Shown: positions 60,666-64,000 of the stretch, in pieces
Layout of the letters: every line of letters begins with the position of its first letter
Position numbering within the stretch: the stretch's first letter is position 1
Source: Eledone cirrhosa
Lineage: Eukaryota
Direction: 5' to 3'
NCBI GenBank assembly: GCA_964016885.1
Contig: OZ024760.1
Coordinates: forward strand, 27,032,001-27,096,000
DNA length: 64,000 nucleotides
Notes under the pieces: model-generated
What the model was told of the DNA's origin: nothing
Database searches by the model: none
What the model saw: only the letters and a program-made list of their open reading frames with translations
Program-made: the position numbers and the translations under genes

Positions 60666-61125
60666 GGATAACGGCTGGGACTTTATGCCACTCCGTTTCT
60701 GGGTAGGCATGTGGACTGTATTAATTCTCTTAATAGTTGTTGCCTTTGATCTCAGCGCGCTGGTAAAATACATAACACGCTTTACAGAAGAGAGCTTTGC
60801 CTGTCTAATCGCAATCATCTTCATTGTGGAAGCATTTGATAAGCTCGCCAAGATCGGATCTGACTTGGCACCAATGAACATTTATCCGGAGATTCCGATA
60901 CCTACCAATTGTAGCTGTTTCTTTGACAATGGTTCTCTTGGAATAGCAGATACTAATAATGCAACCGAGTGTAGCCAGGTCAATGGAACCCTCGAGGGAG
61001 ATGGATGCAACCCCCCATCCTACAAAGACAATGTCTTCCTCATGAGTATTCTGTTGTTCTTAGGAACATTTACCATCTCAATTGCATTGAAAATGTTCCG
61101 GGCTGGAACCTGCTTTCCAACAATT
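60666..61125 (+). CDS. SLC4: SLC4 exon, TM4-6 plus extracellular loop 3
   Basis: ctag acceptor, att|gtgagt donor; RFWVGMW, TRFTEESF, EL3 with CSC...C...GC and N-glycosylation sequons NCS/NGS/NAT/NGT, ends CFPTI. Confidence 0.95.
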
Positions 61126-61135
61126 GTGAGTATGA

Positions 61136-61480
61136 AATCTCTCTTCATATAACTCTTTAAATAACGCTCTTTATATAACTCTCTTTATATAACTCTCTTT
61201 ATATAATGCTCTTTATATAACTCTCTTTATATAACTCTCTTTATATAATGCTCTTTATATAACTCACTTTATATAACTCACTTTATATAACTCTCTACAT
61301 ATAACTCTCTTTATATAACTCTCCTTATATAACTCTCTTTATATAACTCTCCTTATATAACTCTCCTTATATAACTCTCTACATATAACTCTCCTTATAT
61401 AACTCTCCTTATATAACTCTCCTTATATAACTCTCTACATATAACTCTCTACATATAACTCTCTTTATATATAACTCTCT
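61136..61480. repeat. 14-bp minisatellite directly after a splice donor
   Basis: tataactctcttta units. Confidence 0.9.
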
Positions 61481-61715
61481 TCTCCCCTCTTTCTATCCCT
61501 CTTTCTCTCCTTCTATCTCCCCCCTCTCTCCTATTTCCCCCCTCTCTCTCTCTCTCTCCTATCTCTCTTTTATCTCTCTCTTCTCCCCCTCTCTCTCTCT
61601 CCTCCCCTCTCCTCTCCTCCTCTCCTCCCCCTCTCTCGCTCTCCTCTCCCCCTCTCTCGCTCTCCTCTCCCCCTCTCTCTCTCCCCATATCCTCTCCTCC
61701 TCTCCCCCCCCCCCT

Positions 61716-63819
61716 CTGAGATGGTATGGACATGTGATGTGTTGAGAGAGAAACTGTGTATAAGAGGGATAAGTTGTAGTGTGCGGGAGAGAAGACTGAG
61801 ATGGTATGGACATGTGATGTGTTGAGAGAGAAACTGTGTATAAGAGGGATAAGTTGTAGTGTGCGGGAGAGAAGACTGAGATGGTATGGACATGTGATGT
61901 GTTGAGAGAGAAACTGTGTATAAGAGGGATAAGTTGAAGTGTGCAGGAGAGAAGACCGAGATGGTATGGACATGTGATGTGTTGAGAGAGAAACTGTGTA
62001 TAAGAGGGATAAGTTGTGGTGTGCAGGAGAGAGGACTGAGATGGTATGGACATGTGATGTGTTGAGAGAGAAACTGTGTATAAGAGGGATAAGTTGTAGT
62101 GTGTGGGAGAGAAGACTGAGATGGTATGGACATGTGATGTGTTGAGAGAGAAACTGTGTATAAGAGGGATAAGTTGTAGTGTGCAGGAGAGAAGACTGAG
62201 ATGGTATGGACATGTGATGTGTTGAGAGAGAAACTGTGTATAAGAGGGATAAGTTGTGGTGTGCAGGAGAGAAGACCGAGATGGTATGGACATGTGATGT
62301 GTTGAGAGAGAAACTGTGTATAAGAGGGATAAGTTGTAGTGTGCAGGAGAGAAGACTGAGATGGTATGGACATGTGATGTGTTGAGAGAGAAACTGTGTA
62401 TAAGAGGGATAAGTTGTAGTGTGCAGGAGAGAAGACCGAGATGGTATGGACATGTGATGTGTTGAGAGAGAAACTGTGTATAAGAGGGATAAGTTGTAGT
62501 GTGCGGGAGAGAAGACTGAGATGGTATGGACATGTGATGTGTTGAGAGAGAAACTGTGTATAAGAGGGATAAGTTGTGGTGTGCAGGAGAGAAGACCGAG
62601 ATGGTATGGACATGTGATGTGTTGAGAGAGAAACTGTGTATAAGAGGGATAAGTTGTAGTGTGCAGGAGAGAAGACCGAGATGGTATGGACATGTGATGT
62701 GTTGAGAGAGAAACTGTGTATAAGAGGGATAAGTTGAAGTGTGCAGGAGAGAAGACCGAGATGGTATGGACATGTGATGTGTTGAGAGAGAAACTGTGTA
62801 TAAGAGGGATAAGTTGTAGTGTGCGGGAGAGAAGACTGAGATGGTATGGACATGTGATGTGTTGAGAGAGAAACTGTGTATAAGAGGGATAAGTTGTGGT
62901 GTGCAGGAGAGAAGACCGAGATGGTATGGACATGTGATGTGTTGAGAGAGAAACTGTGTATAAGAGGGATAAGTTGTAGTGTGCAGGAGAGAAGACCGAG
63001 ATGGTATGGACATGTGATGTGTTGAGAGAGAAACTGTGTATAAGAGGGATAAGTTGAAGTGTGCAGGAGAGAAGACCGAGATGGTATGGACATGTGATGT
63101 GTTGAGAGAGAAACTGTGTATATGAGGGATAAGTTGTAGTGTGCGGGAGAGAAGACCAAGATGGTATGGACATGTGATGTGTTGAGAGAGAAACTGTGTA
63201 TAAGAGGGATAAGTTGTAGTGTGCAGGAGAGAAGACTGAGATGGTATGGACATGTGATGTGTTGAGAGAGAAACTGTGTATAAGAGGGATAAGTTGTAGT
63301 GTGCGGGAGAGAAGACCAAGATGGTATGGACATGTGATGTGTTGAGAGAGAAACTGTGTATAAGAGGGATAAGTTGTAGTGTGCAGGAGAGAAGACTGAG
63401 ATGGTATGGACATGTGATGTGTTGAGAGAGAAACTGTGTATAAGAGGGATAAGTTGTAGTGTGCAGGAGAGAAGACTGAGATGGTATGGACATGTGATGT
63501 GTTGAGAGAGAAACTGTGTATAAGAGGGATAAGTTGTAGTGTGCAGGAGAGAAGACTGAGATGGTATGGACATGTGATGTGTTGAGAGAGAAACTGTGTA
63601 TAAGAGGGATAAGTTGTAGTGTGCGGGAGAGAAGACTGAGATGGTATGGACATGTGATGTGTTGAGAGAGAAACTGTGTATAAGAGGGATAAGTTGTAGT
63701 GTGCGGGAGAGAAGACTGAGATGGTATGGACATGTGATGTGTTGAGAGAGAAACTGTGTATAAGAGGGATAAGTTGTAGTGTGCAGGAGAGAAGACTGAG
63801 ATGGTATGGACATGTGATG
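61716..63819. repeat. 80-bp minisatellite (26 full units) derived from RTE coding sequence
   Basis: Unit translates LREKLCIRGISCSVQERRLRWYGHVM and runs into unamplified LINE sequence at 63820-63930. Confidence 0.95.
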
Positions 63820-64000
63820 CACATGGAGGATGACTGCTGGGTAAAGAAGTGCCAAGAACTCCCATTTGAAGGAAGACGCAGTTGAGGAAGACCACAAAAT
63901 CATGGGCAAGGGTGGGGAGAGCAGACCTCACCAGGCATTATGAAGAGCATCTAGCCGTAGCAAGCAAGCCAGCCAGAAACAGTTTTATATGAACAAGGCA

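Larger units (their letters stand above)
36449..61125 (+). other. SLC4: Partial multi-exon SLC4-family (Na+-coupled bicarbonate transporter-like; NDCBE/NBC type) gene span
   Basis: 11 exons splice in frame with consistent phases (1,2,1,1,0,0,0,2,0,2,0). SLC4 motifs include [54 protein letters not shown] and RFTEESF, plus a Cys-containing EL3 loop. Start codon and C-terminal exons were not found in the window. Confidence 0.93.

Noticed and set aside
35395-63819. Regular repeat arrays as possible CRISPR arrays
   Set aside because: No unique spacers and no cas genes; eukaryotic intronic minisatellites
61449-63931. Three about 790-aa ORFs on the - strand
   Set aside because: Stop-free antisense of the 80-bp LINE-derived tandem repeat

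Overview
This is AT-rich, repeat-dense animal genomic DNA. The SINE, LINE and microsatellite landscape looks like coleoid cephalopod (octopus-type) sequence, which is an inference. One host gene is supported: a + strand SLC4 sodium-coupled bicarbonate transporter-like gene with 10 well-supported coding exons (46376-61125) plus a likely 63-bp upstream exon (36449-36511). All have AG/GT boundaries and matching phases, and the start and 3' end lie outside what I could identify. The rest is transposons: a near-intact RTE LINE with one stop codon, a twin-primed inverted copy of it, a second RTE family with a PHD-like finger, Penelope-like (Neptune-type GIY-YIG) fragments, non-autonomous Helitrons, piggyBac/hAT/pogo-type MITEs and tRNA-derived SINEs, plus multi-kb (TA)n arrays and TE-derived minisatellites. 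The most striking unannotated signal is a dense set of type I hammerhead ribozyme motifs: about 10 with an intact catalytic core and about 8 variant or decayed, from several unrelated families. Most sit in short fold-back inserts within (TA)n, and one is in sense orientation inside an SLC4 intron. Tandem arrays that multiply splice-site-like sequence also abut several exons. Nearly all long ORFs in the supplied track are microsatellite or minisatellite artefacts.
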